Shown here piece by piece: positions 61,585 to 64,000 of a stretch of 64,000 nucleotides of DNA; within the stretch, counting starts at the first letter, position 1; each line of letters opens with the position of its first letter. Both the position numbers and the translations under genes were made by a program. Origin of the DNA: Octopus sinensis (lineage: Eukaryota); the NCBI RefSeq assembly GCF_006345805.1, contig NC_043015.1, positions 42,656,001 through 42,720,000 of the forward strand, given 5' to 3'. Below the pieces are notes generated by a model, which was not told where the DNA came from, ran no database searches, and saw only the letters and a list, made by a program, of their open reading frames with translations.

Positions 61585-62044
61585 TATTTTGTGTATTGTA
61601 GAAGTATAACCATTTTATTGAAGATAAATTTTAGTAACAAAATCTCATCTGGATCCTGGTGGAGAACCACTGCTCGAAGTAGGATATGGTAATCAAGGGA
61701 GATAAATCTAATATCAGAGTTATTTCCCTTCCCAAAATGGACAAATAGCAAGAAACAGATTGCCAGTTATATCTGGTCAAAATAGTCTACTTCAACCAGA
61801 TCAGGCCTCTCACACCTACCCTACAATCATCATCACCGTTTAATCTCTGCTTTCCATGCTGGCATGGTTTGACAGTAGCTGGTCAGTAGTTGACAGAATC
61901 TGCACCAGACTTGGGTGTTAGTTCTGGCATGGGTTTTACAACTGGATGCCCTTCCTAACACCAACCACACTGCAGAATCTTGAGGCTACAGGATGATGCC
62001 TGATTAATTAAAAATGATGTGAAGATAAAGAAGCATTATTTATA

Positions 62045-62439
62045 GGCGCAGGAGTGGCTGTGTGGTAAGTAGCTTGCTAACCAACCACATGGTTCCGGGT
62101 TCAGTCCCACTGCGTGACATCTTGGGCAAGTGTCTTCTGCTATAGCCCCGGGCTGACCAATGCCTTGTGAGTGGATTTGGTAGATGGAAACTGAAAGAAG
62201 CCCGTCGTATATATGTATATATATGTATGTGTTTGTGTGTCTGCGTTTGTCCCCCTAGCATTGCTTGACAACCGATGCTGGTGTGTGTACGTCCCCGTCA
62301 CTTAGCAGTTCGGCAAAAGAGACCGATAGAATAAGTACTGGGCTTACAAAGAATAAGTCTCGGGGTCGATTTGCTCGACTAAAGGCGGTGCTTCAGCATG
62401 GCCGCAGTCAAATGACTGAAACAAGTAAAAGAGTAAGAG
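62045..62439 (+). mobile_element. SINE family A
   Basis: Full-length copy in the TMEM14 intron. Diverged or partial copies also occur near 13225-13545(-), 18510-18745, 22220-22530, 39712-39870, 63163-63530 and 63775-63900. Confidence 0.9.
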
Positions 62440-63657
62440 AATTACATCCGTGCCAGTGGCACGTAAAAAGCACCAACTGATCGTGGCCGATGCCAGCCTC
62501 CCCTGGCACATAAAAAGCACCCACTACTCTCATGGAGTGGTTGGCGTTAGGAAGGGCATCCAGATGTAGAAACACTGCCAGATCAGGCCGCAGCCTGGTG
62601 CAGCCTTCTGGCTTCCCAGATCCAGGTTAAACCATCCAACCCATGCTACCATGGAAAGCGGATGTTAAACGATGATGATGATGATGATGATTTGACAGAG
62701 TAATCTGAATGCTTAACGGTTAATAGAAGGTTACTTAGAGACGCAAAGAATCTCAAAATTCTTGGCAGAGTCTGTGAGTCTTTACTGCTGGTTCCAAGAA
62801 CGCAAGTTGAATTGTAAGCTTAACTTGTAGACATAACCACAAATAACTAAGTCCCTGTTTCCTGGATGCGTACTTTGTACTTTATGACACGTGGGTAAAG
62901 ATGCAAGAATGGCTGCGTGGAGAGGAACTTTGCTTCATAACCATGTAGAACTTTGGACAAGTGTCTTCCACCTTTATCTCTAAGTTCACCAATGTCTGGT
63001 GAGTGAATATGGTAGACGGAAACTATGAGGAAGCCTGGTGTGTGTGTGGATATCTTTGTGTTTGACAACCAGTACTGGTTTATTTACATCCCCATAATTT
63101 AGAGGTTTGGGAAATACAGATTGATAGAATAACAGCCATTAAAAAATAAAAAAAAAGTATTGAGGTGTGGCTGTGTGGTAAGAAGAAAGCTTCCCAACCA
63201 CATCGTTCTGGGTTCAGTCCCACTGATATGATACCTTGGGCAAGCATCTTTTACTATAGCTTGAACTGACCAAAGCCTTGGTGGACCAAAGATTTGGTGG
63301 ACAGAAACTGAAAAAAGCCTGTCGTGTGTGTATGTGTCTTTGCATCTGTTTATCCTACCCCACTTGACAACCGGTGTTGGTGTGTTTACATCCTTGTAAC
63401 TTAGTGGTTCCACTGATAGTACTAGACTTAAATAAACACATAAGTACTGGGGTCAGTTTGTTTTGACTGAAAACGCTTCAAGGCGGTACCCCAGCATGGC
63501 CGCAGTCCAATGACTGAAGCAAGTTATAGGTTAAAGATAAAATTTGTTAGATTAAATCCTTTGAGGTAGTGCTCCAGCATGGCCACATTCCAATGACTGA
63601 TACAAGTAAATATGTGAAAAAGAAAAAAAAATGAGAAATAAAATCAAGATGACATAC

Positions 63658-63745
63658 CTTGCAGCTGCGATGACACCAGCTGGCATTATTTTCCTTGTCA
63701 TCGCAAAACGGTACCCCATCAAAGCTGTCATGAAAGTGCTGACAC
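63658..63745 (-). CDS. TMEM14C: TMEM14-family (TMEM14C-like) penultimate coding exon (GT+VSTFMTALMGYRFAMTRKIMPAGVIAAA+AG)
   Basis: Minus-strand CTCTGCAG acceptor and GTATGT donor, 88 nt. MGYRFxxTRKIMPAGVIA matches the TMEM14 motif MGxRFxxSGKFMPAGLIA. The paralog assignment is tentative and earlier exons lie beyond the window. Confidence 0.88.
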
Positions 63746-64000
63746 CTGCAGAGAAGGTAAGATAAATAAATGTAGGCACAGGAGTGGCTGTGTGGTAAGT
63801 AGCTTGCTTACCAACCACCTGGTTCCGAGTTCAGTCCCACTGCTTGCCATCTTGGGCAAGTGTCTTCTATTATAGCCTCAGGCCGACCAAAGCCTTGTGA
63901 ACTGTCCAACCCATGCCAGAACATAACGACAAATGAAATACCTATTTCTTTACTACCCACAAGGGGCTACACACAGAGGGGACAAACAAGGATAGACAAA

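Overview
Eukaryotic, AT-rich and repeat-dense DNA. The SINE/LINE repertoire and microsatellite load look like an octopus (coleoid cephalopod) genome; this is inferred from recalled repeat families, not from a search. Two spliced genes can be built by hand. On the + strand is a complete 6-exon, 151-aa ubiquitin-conjugating enzyme UBE2W (CDS 10100..51339, first intron about 34.8 kb). On the - strand, converging on it, are the last two coding exons of a TMEM14-family gene. Almost all long ORFs in the supplied track are microsatellite read-throughs. The rest is a dense mosaic of tRNA-derived SINEs, RTE and CR1 LINE fragments, hAT and piggyBac-type MITEs, mariner and Tigger relics and Helitron-like elements. 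The most unusual signals are: (i) four unrelated short element families carrying minimal type-I hammerhead-ribozyme-like motifs in inverted or tandem arrangements (Penelope/retrozyme-like; all visible copies are mutated, so activity is not shown); (ii) a tRNA-headed SINE whose ~184-bp body is mobilised as multimers inside a single target-site duplication; (iii) a Helitron-like element carrying a piggyBac transposase fragment. There is no CRISPR array, rRNA or genuine tRNA gene. Repeat coordinates were read by eye and may be off by several bases.
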